Of a stretch of DNA of 64,000 bases, positions 19,041-36,669 are shown piece after piece. Positions within the stretch are counted from its first letter, which is position 1. Every line of letters begins with the position of its first letter. The DNA is taken from the NCBI RefSeq assembly GCF_009914755.1, contig NC_060943.1; one strand, given 5' to 3'. A program made the translations under genes and the position numbers. The notes under the pieces are model-generated. The model was given only the letters and a program-made list of their open reading frames with translations, did not search any database and was not told where the DNA came from. Source of the DNA: the human T2T-CHM13v2.0 reference genome, Homo sapiens.

Positions 19041-19477
19041 GGGTGGGGGGTCCGCCCCTGCCAATCAGCCCTTTCTGGGTTCCAGGGGTTTGTTCCTGTC
19101 CTTCTCCCACATGGACACTGCTGACCACACAGCATTAGGAGTGATGTGCCTCTCACCAGTACCCTGACCCTGCAGGGGAGTCCCAGAGCACGTCATCCTG
19201 TTGCTGCTCACGATCATCAGGCGCTCAGGAAGTCTCTGCACAAGTGCATAGAAGGTGCACACCTCCCTTATTCATTCACACTTTACTTTGTAACCTCATT
19301 CTCTAAAAGTGTCATCATAGACCAACACCAGGACCAGAGCAAGTGTGGCATTAAAAGCCCAACACAGTTAGAAGCCAGTGAGCAATGATACCCTAGCACG
19401 AATGCTACCGAAACAGTGGAGATGGGACAGATTCACAGGGAACACTCACTGGTCACAGAGTGTCACTTACAACTGAC

Positions 19478-19636
19478 CTGGGCATCCAGGACATCTGCCA
19501 GCTCCCGCTTCCTCTGAGAGAGGAGAAGCCTGCGCTTCAGCTCGTGGGCCTTTTTCTGTAGCTTCTCCTTCTCCTTACACATTATTAATAAATTCTTTTC
19601 TGCCCTTCTTTCAAACTCAGCAAGATTGTTCTCCAT
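19478..19636 (-). CDS. HAUS8: HAUS8 exon 8 (MENNLAEFERR...DVLDAQ), coiled coil
   Basis: 159 nt, phase 0/0, AG/GT boundaries. Confidence 0.96.
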
Positions 19637-19739
19637 CTGTTAAATGTGAAAGAAAAGCTCAAGCAGGTGGGGACTCCCTCCCCGTGAATGGAGGCCACCC
19701 TTCCATCCATGGCATACGTGAACAAGAAACTGTTTTCAC

Positions 19740-19805
19740 CTTTACGGATAGTAGCGTCAGCAGTAGTGTCTGAGACTCCATCATTTCCATTGCTTCAGAT
19801 AAATC
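19740..19805 (-). CDS. HAUS8: HAUS8 exon 7 (DLSEAMEMMESQTLLLTLLSVK)
   Basis: 66 nt; 103-nt intron to exon 8. Confidence 0.95.
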
Positions 19806-20485
19806 CTTAAGAAAAGAAAAAGACCCTCTCAATTCCTGATGAAGTGGTATAAATCCAGCTCTTTTCCCAGCAGGGGGAGAACTCTGGCTTGTGTGGATTT
19901 TCTGTATTCAGTTTGATATTCGGTAGTTCTCTACTGTAGTGGGTCTATTGCTTCTATTTTCTTTTATTTGGTTTTCTGCGGCGCTGAGATGAAAGAGGGA
20001 GGTCCACAACCTTCCTTCCCCTGGCACCTGGCAGGTGGAGAGACAGCAGCAGCTGGGTAGTCAAGGACAAGCTGAGAATACCCACCAATTTGGTGCTGCA
20101 CCAGGACCAGAATGCCGTCTCCCCACCTGCTGGTCCCCCAACCACCAGTCTTGTCCTCACCCCAGTGAGACCACAGCCTAGCCGTCCTCCCACCAAGGGA
20201 CAGGGCCTGGCATTGTGCCTTTCCCAGCACAGCATGGGCACAGAGAAGTCCCCTGTCTCATTTTTTACATGGCTCCATATTGGTATCCACTACTGAATGT
20301 GTACTTGGGGAAATGTAAACTCTACAAATGATCTAAGAACATCTGTAGTCTTGATTTTTGTCCTAAAGGGCATGGGTGTCTTTTATGTTCTTGGATCCGT
20401 GGGCACTCAGCATCTGGTTCAGAGTGGACTCTAAATCAGATCTATGCAACCCATCTGTGGCTGCCCTCTTCTTTCAGACACTTAC

Positions 20486-20580
20486 CGGGCTCTTTTTCCG
20501 AGGGGCAGAAAATGATGTTGACTCAGGTTTCTTTGATATTGTTTTTGCTAACTGTGGCGTCTTTTTGACGATGCTTTTGT
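20486..20580 (-). CDS. HAUS8: HAUS8 exon 6 (DKSIVKK...RKKSP)
   Basis: 95 nt, tag|AC ... CCG|gtaag. Confidence 0.95.
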
Positions 20581-20619
20581 CTAAGATAAAGCACAGCATT
20601 TTTAATGGCAAGTAGCGTA

Positions 20620-20848
20620 TATAGACTGGTCCCTGGTTGCCATTTTTTTTCTAATGATGGGTTTATTGGGATGTAACCCCATCATAAATTGAGGAGTATA
20701 TGGACTTATAACAGTCCAGTTAAAGTTGTTCAACTTTGCAAGGGGCAAAAGGCAAGTTTAATACCCTTTACCAAGGTATTAAGTATATTTTTGATGTACA
20801 ATATTTTCAACTTACAATGGGTTTGTTGGATGTGACCCCACTGTAGGC
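20620..20848 (+). mobile_element. Tigger4/MER46-like DNA transposon fragments, with the 3' motif present twice
   Basis: atgggtttattgggatgtaaccccatcataaattgaggag and ttttcaacttacaatgggtttgttggatgtgacccc. Confidence 0.55.
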
Positions 20849-20925
20849 CAATTGTACTTTGGAAGCCCACTGAGACCTACTGCAACCCCCAGTGAGTGAC
20901 AGAAGGGGTGAAACAAATGATTTAC

Positions 20926-21021
20926 CATTAATAGCAGAGAGATCCAGGTCAGGTGGAGCTGTGCCATGCCCTTCCAGCAACGTGGACTGCAGGTCACCCT
21001 TTCCGACCCCACTGCTATCTG
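20926..21021 (-). CDS. HAUS8: HAUS8 exon 5 (ADSSGVGKGDLQST...SAIN) with a NAGNAG acceptor
   Basis: 96 nt; aacag|CAG|ATAGC allows inclusion or loss of one Ala. Confidence 0.95.
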
Positions 21022-21278
21022 CTGTTAAGAAAAGAATCCCCGAAAGTCAGCACAGTCAAGAGACACTCTCCATTCAAGCCAGGAAACGCAGGCCGTGTTT
21101 TTGAACAATACCACTTGCTTCTAAAAGCCCAATTTCGTCCAAGGTGGAAAGGCTAAAAAAAAAAAAAAAAAAACCTGTGGAAATTCCCAGCCATCACCTT
21201 GACTCTATTTTTAAAGTACCACTAGAAGACAGAGACATTCTGTATAACCAAAGAGACGCAAATAGGCCTTTCTGCTAG

Positions 21279-21512
<234 letters not shown>

Positions 21513-22514
21513 TAGTAGAGATGAGGTTTCACCATGTTGGCCAGGCTGGTCTCAAACTCCTGACTTCAGGTGATCTATCCACCTCGGCCTCCCAAAGTGT
21601 TGGGATTACAGGCATGAGCCACCGCACTCAGCCAAGTAATCTTTCCATCTTTTTTCTGCAGCTTCTGGACTGTTCATCCTCCCTGGGAGTTCCCTTCATC
21701 TTTTAACGTATATTCTAAACTGTAAAATTAAGCCTTACACTGTCTAAGATGGGCACTAGCATACAGCATGCTACCACTACACAAGAGCCCAGGAGTGCTG
21801 CAGATGCCAACAGATGGCACGTACGGTATGTTGTGTTAGGAACTAAGCATGAGACTATTTCATGAACAACTATGCAGCTGAGGAAATGAATGACCTGGAA
21901 ATGAAAAGAGGAAGGTCACTGCAATGTGTAGGGTACAATATAACAACGATTTGTGTTGAAATTCTTAAAAAAAATCTGGAAAGATCAGCAAAAATCTATT
22001 GACAGCACATGCCCTCAGGGCACAGACTGGGAGCCTGGGGTGAGGAGGTGGAAATTTTCTTTTTTTTTTTTTTGAGACAGGGTCTTGCTCTGTCACCCAG
22101 GCTGGAGTGCAGTGGCACAATCTAGGCTTACTGCAACCTCTGCCTCCCAGGCTCAAGCAATCCTCCCACTTCAGCCTCCTGGGTAACTGAGAATACAGGC
22201 AAGTGTCACCATGCCCAGATAATTTTTTATTTTTTTATTTTTAGTAGAGACAGGGTTTCACCATGTTGCCAGGTAGGTCTGGAACTCCTGGGCTCAAGGG
22301 ATCTACCGGCTTCATCCTTCCAAAGTGCCGGGATTACAGGCGTGAGCCACCACACCCAGCTAGAGGTGGTAACTTTTTATTGTTATTGCTTTTGCCCTGG
22401 AATATTTTATCATCAGCATGTATAGCATTTGCACTAAAAAAATTAATTTTCTACAAAGCCATACAATGGAACTCAAACAAGCAGTCCTTTGAAATCATTA
22501 TGGTGTGGTTTAAA

Positions 22515-22735
22515 TTAAGGTTTCTTAGCCATGGCATTGCGAGCACATGGGGCTGGATCCTTCCTTGCGGTGGTGGGGGTGTCCTGTGCATTCAGGATGT
22601 TAAGTGGCCTCCCTGGCCTCCACCCACCAGATGCCAGTAGAACCCCTTCCCCCAGATATGACAACCAAACACATCTCCAGACACTGCCTAAGCGTTCCCT
22701 GGGGGTCAGAATCGCCCTTGAGTAAGAACTGGTTT
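22515..22735 (+). mobile_element. MER20 DNA transposon
   Basis: ccctggcctccacccaccagatgccagtag...acaaccaaacacatctccagacactgcc...cctgggggtcagaatcgccc. Confidence 0.8.
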
Positions 22736-23043
22736 TAAGGTGTGGCAGGCCCAGTCTGATCCCCTGGCCACACCAGCATTCCCAGCTTCATGCATGGCCT
22801 TCAACCCAATTAGATGGGGAAAGACTAGCAGGCTGGCTCTAGTGTGCCTGCTTCTCAACCACGCCTGGGAAGGGCATAGCGCGAATTCTCACAAACATCT
22901 ACACCAGGAGTGGCAAATTGTAGCTCATAGGCCAAATCCAGCCCGCTTCCTTTGCTTGTAAATAGTTTTATTGGCACACAGCTATACCTGTTCCTCTATG
23001 TCTGGTCTGGGGTTGTTTTTAATGTTACAAACAGCAGAGCTGA

Positions 23044-23184
<141 letters not shown>

Positions 23185-23622
23185 TAGCTGGGATTATAGG
23201 CGTGTGCCATCATGGCCAGCTAATTTTTGTATTTTTAGTAGAAATGGGGTTTCACTATATTGGCCAGGTTGGTCTCGAACTCCCGACCTCAGGATGAGTC
23301 CTCACAGCCTCTCTAAGAGTCTTGCTCTCAGAGCACCAGTGGGAAAACAGTCACATAGACAAGAAACTGATGTCACAAAGCAGTACCATGATGGCAATGT
23401 GGCTTTTCTCTGGGGCCACACAGGGAAGAAATGATCTCCCCTTTGCTCCGCATCCCCACTCACCTCCCCACATCCCCCCAGTCTGTCCTTATGCTCCAAC
23501 TCTCTCTGCTCACTGCTTCTGACCCTTCCCAGGAAGGAAAGAAGGAACTTTAACTTAGCACCCATGGAGACAAAATTTACTGCCGCGCTCATCACTGCCC
23601 GAGGACCATGGCTGTTTCGCAC

Positions 23623-23704
23623 CTTTGCTTTTCTGGAGCAGGCTGGATTTCCTTCCACCTTCAGACATCTTCCCTCGGGTCTGTGACCCATCTCCTGCAG
23701 GAGC
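23623..23704 (-). CDS. HAUS8: HAUS8 exon 4 (APAGDGSQ...LQKSK)
   Basis: 82 nt, cag|GCT ... AAAG|gtgcga. Confidence 0.95.
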
Positions 23705-24476
23705 CTGTTATGGGAACACATGACACTCAGAGGACAAGACATCCTCCCTTCACAACAACGGGCCCTGATGCGGTCTGCACTGTGTTTCGTAACTGCTCTT
23801 ACTTTGAGGCAGGGGAGACATTTAAAGAGGTTTGAAATCTTACCTCATATACACAGGACAAACAAATTTTGTCAAAATGTAGATGCTCACTTGCAGAGAA
23901 CATAGGAAACTACCAAAATGTTTGCTGGTGATTATTGACACGGTAGATTACAGGTGACTGATTTTTTTCTAGACACATTTAAGTATTTGCTAGTTTTCCA
24001 GAGAGAACATATAACTTTGGTCATCAGGAGAAACAAAGTTTTTACACATATGTTGTCAAAAAATATTTTTTTAAAGAAACACATGGAGCACTGGCCTTCT
24101 AATAACCAAAAGCAAAACAAAAATCTTATAAAGAGCAATGGCCAGGTGCAGTGGCTCCTGCCTGTGGTCCCAGCTACTCAGGAGGCTGAGTTGGGAGGAT
24201 CGCTCGGGTCCAGGGGTTTGAGGCTGCAGTGAGCCATCACACCACTGCACCCCATCCTGGGAGACAGAGCAAGACCAGAGCAACGACATGACGACGCACA
24301 GACACCACTCTCATTCAATATCACAGTGGAGGTCCTCAGATAAGAAGTAAAAGGCAAACAGGTTGAAAAGGAAAACTAAAACTCTGTTCTTACAAACGTA
24401 ATTTTTCATGTAGGAAATCCCCGAACATCTTCAAAACTGCTATTAAAATTAGTAAGTTTAACAAGAGTTTTCTTTC

Positions 24477-24963
24477 AATTTTGTGTGTGAACTTGACTGG
24501 ATATGGGGTGCCCCAGACTGAACATTTTTGGGTGTGTCTGTGAGGGTGTTTACTAATGAGATCAGCATTTGAATTGGTGGATGCAATAAACTGCCCTCCC
24601 CAGTGTGTATGGGCACCATCCAATCCCTTGAGGGCCTGAATACAACAAAACAGTGGAAGGAGGAGAAATTCATACCTTTTGCTTCCTGCTTGCCTGGTTG
24701 AGCTGAGACATCTTACCCCATCTCCTGACCTGTCCTCAAACTGGGACTTACACCTTTGGCTCCCCTGGTCTCAGCCCTTCAGACTCACACTGAACTAAAC
24801 CACCAACCTTCCTGGCTCTCCAGTTTGCAGACAGCAGATCCTGGGATTTCTCAGCCTCCATAATCACATGAGCCAATCCCGTGTAAATAAATCTCCTTTT
24901 ATATATTCATATCCTTTTATAAGCCTCTCTTATTGGTTCTGTTTCTCTGGAGAACTCTAATAC
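24477..24963 (+). mobile_element. MLT2 (ERVL) LTR
   Basis: aacttgactggatatggggtgccccag...tttctcagcctccataatcacatgagccaat...ggttctgtttctctggagaactctaataca. Confidence 0.8.
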
Positions 24964-26199
24964 AGCAGGGGTGCAGGACACACGATCAATATGTAAAAAT
25001 TCATATTTCTAGCAATGAAGTAGCAATGAACAAGTTTGGAGATTGAAATTAAAATAGAGTACCATATACAATGGCACTAAACACCAAATGCTTAGTTATA
25101 AACCAAATAAAATATGTGTAAGATCTATAATCTGGAAGCTACAAAACAATGTTGGAGGAAATCCAGGAAGATCTAAATAAATGGAGAAGCATACCATGTT
25201 CATGGATTGAAAGACTCGCTTTTATTAAGAAGGCATTTGCCCTGATTTATGGATTCAATATAATCAAAATCCAGCAGATATTTTGCTAGAAAATGACAAT
25301 TCTAAAATCTCTATGGAAAGCCAAAGGAACGAGAAGAGACTAAACAGTCTCGGAAAAGCACAGTGAGAGGTCTCACATTACCTGTTCTCAGGACTTAGTG
25401 CAAAGCTACAGTAACCTCAGCAGTGTGGAACTAGCATAAGGATGCATACATAGAACAATGGAAAAGAACAGAGCCCAGACATGATGTGCACATACATGGT
25501 CAACTGGTATTTGACAGAGATGATGAGAGAATACAACGGGAAAAAGGAAAATCATTTCAATAAATGGGATTACAACAACTGAACACCCATACATGAAAAA
25601 ACGAACTTTGATTTAAACATCACACCATACACAAAAACTAACTCACAGACTTAAAAGTAAAACCTAAACTACAAAACTCGTACAAGAAAACAGGAGAAAA
25701 ATCTGTGATCTTGGATTAGGTGGAGATATCCTGGATAAGACTCCAAAAGCACAATCCACAAATGGGGAAAGTGATCAAATGGGCTTCATCAAAATCGTCA
25801 ACTACTGCCTCTTAAATTAAAGCACTTAACAGCATGAAAAGACAAGCCAGACTAGAAGAAAATATTTGCAAAGCACCACAAAGAGCTGGTATCCAGAATA
25901 TAGAAAGCACCCTCAAAACTCAGTAACAAGAAAACAACTCAATTTAAAACTGGACAAAAGATCTCAACAGACACATCCGCAAAGATACAGGAATGGCAAA
26001 TAAGCACATGAAAAGATGCTCAATATCATCGGCTATTATGAAAACACAAATGAAAACCACAATGAAGTATCACTTCACACCCACAAGACTGGCTAGAATG
26101 TGAAAGTAACAACTTGCACTTTTCATCTATGTGCCTAGTGGGAACATAAAGATGGTGCAGCCACTGTGGATAACAGGTAGTTTCCTGTTACCATTATAT

Positions 26200-27660
<1,461 letters not shown>

Positions 27661-27782
27661 GCCAGCAATCCTCCTCCTGGGAGAAATAAAACCACGTCTA
27701 CACAGAAAAATACACAAGAATGTTTACGGAGGCTTTATTCATAATCACCAAGACAGGAAACCAACTGACTGCCTGTCAATCA

Positions 27783-28160
<378 letters not shown>

Positions 28161-28993
28161 CTACATGCAATACATGCAACACAGAGGAACTTGAAAGGCA
28201 CTCTGCTAAGTGTCAGGAGTCAGAGGCAAGGGCTACAAACTGTGATGCCACAGATATGACCTTCTAAAAAAGGCAAAAATGCAGATTCAGAAAGCCAATC
28301 TGTGGTTGCCTGGGGGTGGGAGAGGGGCTGGTCCTATCAGAGCACAAGGGGATTTAGGGATGACTCGTTCTGTAGCTTGATTATAGAGGCGGTTCCATGA
28401 CTGTCTATGTCTGTCAAAACAGGCAAGACCCTATGCTGAAAAGGGGGATGCTGACTCCATGTAAATGACACCCTGATTTTTAAAATGGGGGGAAAAACAG
28501 AAAAGATCTAAAGGGCTAAAATGTTACAGCACGCAGACACACGGGGGCGCTGTAACCAAGTCTTGGCAACAACATGAAAATTTGGAGCGTGGAAGACTGT
28601 GACCCTTTGTTGAAAACTGCTCTGAGAAGAGTATCTGTTTGTGCAAAGGTATCCTCTTTTCTCAAGCCGAATCTTAAGTCACAGGGTCGAGAACCCACCA
28701 GCCACCCAGAGTGGAAGACAGGCAGTGGGAATTTGACTTAATTTTATCATAAACCAAGATTTGGAAAGCAGAGGGAAGAATCCAACCTTGACTTCACTGA
28801 AAGAAAATATATAATTGTATAATCTACTGATTGCTCCCACGAACTCTCACACAAAGCACGTTCTCACGTGGTTAAATATCTTTCATGCCATTACTTTCAA
28901 TGGTTTCACGATATTTCATGGTTTGCCTACACAATAGTTCACTAAACTCTTACTCCAATTCGGAGTGATCGAAGGATGTCATTTTTCCCATAG

Positions 28994-29164
<171 letters not shown>

Positions 29165-29498
29165 TGAGTAGCTGGGATTACAGGTGCACGCCACTGCATC
29201 CGGCTAATTTTTGTATTTTTAGTTGAGACGGGGTTTCGCCATGTTGGCCAGGCTGGTCTCGAACTCCTAGCCTCAAGTGATCCGCCCACCTCGGCCTCCC
29301 AAAGTAGCTGTTTTTAAATACCAGCCAGACACCAAGAACTGTGTGCTGGGCACTGGATAAGACAGCTTCAGAATCCAGAAAGCGAATTAACTGGGTTGAA
29401 AGGCAAGAACAGGCTGGGCGCCAGGGCTCACACTTGTAATCCCAACATTTTGGGAGGCCGAGGCGGGAGCATCACTTGAGCTCAGTAGCTCAAGATCA

Positions 29499-29726
<228 letters not shown>

Positions 29727-29957
29727 TCAATGGAGATCACAGCTTCGTAAAAGAGATGCTTATAGCCATGAGCCGTCGATGACAGACTCACAACTGGCAG
29801 CATGAAGGGCTGATGGTCTCAAAAGCACCTGAGTGAAGATCCCAAAATGCTTCCTTCAGGACCAGGTTGTGACCACCTCCCATGACTAGTTTCGGAATTC
29901 CAGTTACTCAGAACCTTGCTCAGAACTGCTGCAAATGGAAGCTGGGTGCGGCCTTAC

Positions 29958-30013
29958 CTTTTGGGTTGTCTTCTTTTCATACTGCAGATACCGGGACTCA
30001 ATCACTCTTCCAC
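29958..30013 (-). CDS. HAUS8: HAUS8 exon 3 (GGRVIESRYLQYEKKTTQK)
   Basis: 56 nt; contains the SRYL motif of the HAUS8 N-terminal microtubule-binding region. Confidence 0.96.
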
Positions 30014-31506
30014 CTGTGGGGACACACTGTTGGTGCACAACAAAACTACAAAGGACCGAAGACCCCACACACCCAGACCCCACGCCCCGGAGACCCAGAT
30101 GCCAGGGGCCCTCTCCACTCAGTGACCAGAACAGAGGAGGTCACCACTCTTCCTGCTCGCCTCTGATCACGTCCTTCGGCAGCCTCAAGCATGCATGGGA
30201 CGCCTACTGTATGCAAGTCCCAAGCCATGTGTGGAGTCACAGAGTTCCTGAGGAAGTAAGATCAAGGAACACCCTCCAAGGTCAAAGCTGCAAGTGCACT
30301 CAGACAAGCGGGAGGGAAAGAAGAAAGAGCTTTCACTGACGGCCTCCAGGTGGCTTCCTCCTTCCTCCCATCTCGTGTGACCCCAATGGCCCCTTCCCCC
30401 GCCTGTGTGTCTAGGACTCACTCCTGGTACTACCTTTTACTCCCCCCGCCCCTTACTCAGTTTGGGACCCCCTGCCCTGAGACATGCCCAACACCCAGGC
30501 CCTCTTCAGACAGAGCCAAATCCCTAGTGACAGCCCAACCCCAGGTCCCCTTCCAGGGCTACTCCTGGGAGCGTGACTGTGGATGGAACAAATGCCACCT
30601 GTCACCCCAGCTTCTGGAGGTAGGGGTCTGAACTGGATCCGGTTAGTCCCATTCTGTCCCCCAGCCCTCTCCCGGACCCCTCCCTCAAAACTGTTCCTCC
30701 CACCTCCTACGCCAGGCCCAACCCTTGGTCTCAGCAGGTGACCTGTTTCCTCCTTCACTGGGAAGACAGAAGTGGCCCCAGGAGACCCTCCCGCCACCAC
30801 ATCCAGCCACCTCCAGTCCTGATGGCTGCATTCCCCCGGCCCTGTGAATGGACCTTTGTGCTCCCAGATAAAGCGCCCCCCATTCTGGGCGCTAAAGCCC
30901 AGCCCTCACTTCCAAAAGGAAATGCCCCGCAACTCCCACCTCCCTGCCTGAATCCCCACAGCTCCTCTCTCCACCAGATGCTGGAGGTCATTCTTCCTCC
31001 TACCTGCACTCTCTGCCTCCCCCCATTTCTCCCATCCCCTTGACAGCAAACACCCCAAGTTCTTTATTCACCAGCTCCCCTTTCTCTCCTTTCTCCTTCC
31101 CTTGAATCCCGCCCCCCACAATCCAGCTTGCAGACACACCACCGCACCAGAACACCTTTGGACAAGACCACCGTGACCTCCCTTGCTCCTGAGCCCAGCA
31201 GTCCATTCTCAGTCCTGGTCATCTGAACCACCAGGCACAACCACTGCTCGTTCCCTGCTTCCTGAAACCTTCCATCAGCCTCCAACTGCCCTTCAGGGCT
31301 GAGACAGGCTGGCGTGCTGGGTCCATGGGCTCAGGAAGCCTAAGTGCCTCCGGGAACCTTCTGGACCCTGTGCCACCAACAACTTGCCTCTAACCTTATC
31401 ACTTTGTCACCTCTCACTTGCTCTATTCAGCCGCTCTGCCGCGTGGACCCCCTTGCTGTGCATCCCCCTGCAGGCACCTCCCTCTCTCAAGGCTCTGCTC
31501 AGTTCA

Positions 31507-32112
<606 letters not shown>

Positions 32113-32989
32113 TCAGCCAAGTGAGATTGTGACTTCGACCATATCTTTGTTCCAGTTGATTCTTCTGTTGGGGACTGGGGTTGCAGCTGCTACCCTGAGA
32201 GGAAAGGAGGTACCCTCAGAGTTAACAAGGATCCTTCAGTCAGCCAAAGGGCCGGGCTGTCAATCTGGGCAGCCCCAGGGTAGGAATGCACCATGCCTGC
32301 AGAGCGAGTGTGGGTGCAGGTGGGTGCCCGGCAGATGTGGACAATCGGAAGGCCACTCTCATGGTGCAGGTCTCCAAGGGCTGAGGCCAGGACCAGGTGG
32401 GGTCCCAGGGACAACCAGGCCACAAAAAGAGTCTACCCTGGATGGTGATCGAACAGCTGAGAGAAAGGACATCCCCAGCTCCCAGCAGAAAGACCATCCA
32501 GCCCGGGTCTTTCTAGTAGCATCAGGAAACAGTTTTGCTCAACAAGGAGGATCTCAGGCTTGGGCTGCCTTGGACGGTGGGGAAACAAAAGCACTTTCAA
32601 GTTTCCTGAAAACTAGGATACAACTGTTTATTTTAAACAGCCTGGCTAGGTGCGGTGGCTCACACCTGTAATCCCAGCACTTTGGGAGGCCGAGGTGGAC
32701 GGATCACTTGAGGTCAGAAGTTTGAGACCAGCCTGGCCAACATGGTGAAACCCTGTCTCTACTAAAAATACAAAAATGAGCCAGGATGGTGGCAGCTCCC
32801 AGCTACTTGGGAGGCTGAGGCAGAGAATCGCTTGAACCTGGGAGGCGGGAGCTACAGTGAGCCGAGATCACGCCACTGCATTCCAGCCTGGGTGACAGAG
32901 CGAGACTCCATCTCAAAAAAATAAATACAAATAAATAAACAGGCTGAATTTTCCACAGAAGCAATATTATGAAGAAGGATACAATTCTT

Positions 32990-34177
<1,188 letters not shown>

Positions 34178-34202
34178 TTAAAGAGATCCTGACACTGCTT
34201 AC

Positions 34203-34264
34203 CTTGAACTCTTTTATCCTTCTTCTTGGCACTGCTAGAATTTGTGGGGCCGGTTGCAGGCTTC
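34203..34264 (-). CDS. HAUS8: HAUS8 exon 2 (GKPATGPTNSSSAKKKDKRVQ)
   Basis: 62 nt, cag|G ... AAG|gtaag. Confidence 0.96.
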
Positions 34265-34824
34265 CTGCAAGAGAAGAGAGAGAGGTCTTGTTCACCTCAC
34301 TACCCAAGAAGCACAGGGAAGCCGGCGAGGTGCCTCTGCTAGTTGAAGCTCAGACAGCCCAGTCCAAGGGCTGCCAGAGGACAATTTCAGTGAGGGTGGG
34401 CCACCTCAACAGGAAAAGGGACACAAGGAGCAGCCAGCCCTGGTCACCTGGGCAAGAAGGCATAGGTGAACACCCAAACTGAGAAGAGAGGAGGGTAATG
34501 AGAGCTCTGTGGAAGAGATCACAGCAGATCTCAAATTATCCCTGGGTTCATTCATTCACCAGACATTGATGCACCTACTATATTCCAGTAGAGACACAGT
34601 GGTAACAAAACACAGAGCTCCTTCCCAGAAAGGGAAGAACAACATCTTGACAGGCAGGTACGAGGAGTGGTCCCAGCAGGTACCTCACTTTGGGAGGCTG
34701 AGGCTGGCGGATCACGAGGTCAGGAGATCGAGACCATCCTGGCTAACATGGTGAAACCCCATCTCTACTAAAAATACAAAAATGAGCTGGGGTGGTGGCA
34801 TGCGCCTGTAGTCCCTCCTACTCA

Positions 34825-34926
<102 letters not shown>

Positions 34927-36316
34927 TCAATAAATAAATAAATAAAAATAAAAATAAAAATAGAATGAAGCCTGATGTAATAGGAAAGAAGGGACCCTGA
35001 GATAGGAATCGCTGACTCATCAGCTGTGGGGGTGCAGGAGAGGGAGAATCTGGGATGACTAGGGGTTTCAGGGTTTCAGCCTGAGCTGGTGAGAAAAGAA
35101 GGGATCCAAGAACAGACACCAGCAACACAGGAGGGGCAAGTGGATGGGCAAGTGGAGGGGCAGGGCCAAGGCCAGGGCACTGTAACTCCTGCTCCCATCA
35201 CCAAAGGCGGCTCCACTGGTCCCTGCGGCCACCTCCTCTGAAGCAGGCTCCCAGGACCCCAAAGTGAGACCCAGACAATGTTGGGGACACTTCCAGGCCA
35301 CCGTGGGGAGAGGCAACTTAGCAAATGTTCGCCAGGTGCCAGCAGCTGCGCTCGCCCGTAGGCTCCTCCTAACCCGACAGCTTCCTAACTGTTCACACCT
35401 GCTTTTTCGTCGCTGCAAAACAAAGACGCACAGGTTTTACATAGGTCACCCCCGGGGCAGTCTCACAGCCAGAAAGAGACAAGAGCACAGACTCCCTCTG
35501 GGGACTGTGCTAGGGCTGTGGCCTCAAACCGAATGGGCTCCTGGGTGAACCTGCTGCGACCTGAGGGGGGTCCCTACAACCTGTGCGAGCCTCAGCTACT
35601 GCACCTGTACCTGGGAGGTGCTACTGTCAATCTATCGGTTACGGCAAGGGGCGGTGGAGTGATTCCTCTTGCTGGCCAATTTCACTTCAGTTTGCACCTG
35701 GCACAATCAACACTGGCAGAATTAACAAAACTAGACAAATATAGCCTCATGATCATTCATGCCTAGCTCTCGGTCAGTATTCAACTTCTTTCTTGTTCAT
35801 GGTGTGTTACCCTAGGCAAGTCACTTCCCCTCCCTGGGTCTCCATCATCTCCTCAGTAAACTGGGAGCACAGAATAAAGCGCGTGGGAGGATTAAAGGGG
35901 ACACTTTGGTCGCCCAACACTTGTTCACTGCATAACGATAATTCCAAGAGCGACATCACAGTAAAGACCCAGGCGCCGATCTAAGCGCGTTTCAGCCTCA
36001 CGCGACGCCTACGAGGTTGAGCTGCGTCATCGGCCCCATTTCGTAGCGGAGGAAAGCGAGGCACTGGGCGGTCAGGCCGCTTGCCGGAGGTCGCCCAGCG
36101 TCCCAGCCGAGGACGCGGAACTCAGGGCCGGTCGGGTGTCAGCGCTCCGGAGCATGCGCAGAGGCAGCACGCCATCGGGGTCTTCAGGGGCCCGCGCAGT
36201 TCCTGGCGGGGTCGAACCCGAACTCACCCCGAGGGTCCTAACTCCCCAACTCCGCTGCCCATCCTCTCCAGCCCTATGGCGTCTACAAATCCAGACCTGC
36301 GGAAGCCCCAACTCAC

Positions 36317-36345
36317 CCAGCGCCTCGCCCCGAGGAATCCGCCAT
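36317..36345 (-). CDS. HAUS8: HAUS8 exon 1 coding part (MADSSGRGAG); HAUS augmin-like complex subunit 8
   Basis: AAAATGG start at 36345, GG|gtgagt donor. The 11 exons sum to 1233 nt = 410 aa plus stop and match the recalled human HAUS8/HICE1 protein. Confidence 0.96.
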
Positions 36346-36669
36346 TTTCCCGCCTTCCACCTCAAGGCCCGACCCGCCGGCTTTTCAAAGCCGGACCCGC
36401 CCCCTTGCTTGCGGGTCGGACCATTTGTGGAGACGCAGGAGGGGTGGCTGCGAGGCGTGAGGCAGCGCCGGCTAAGTGTGGAGAGCGCGGCCCCAGACGC
36501 GCGCTTCGCCTGTCCTCCCCTCGCACTTGGTCTCGCCCACCATCGGCGGTAGTGGGTAGGGGCGGTGGGTGGGACCTGATCTGTCGGACAGTAGGGGCGG
36601 GGCTTTTCGCGATGCCCCGCCCCTAGGAGCGCTGGCGTCACGCCCCCGTCCCCGCCTCTCCGGAACCCG

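Noticed and set aside
21805-21820. CTCF-like motif tgccaacagatggcac
   Set aside because: Mismatch in the core; a single degenerate motif cannot be supported without ChIP data.
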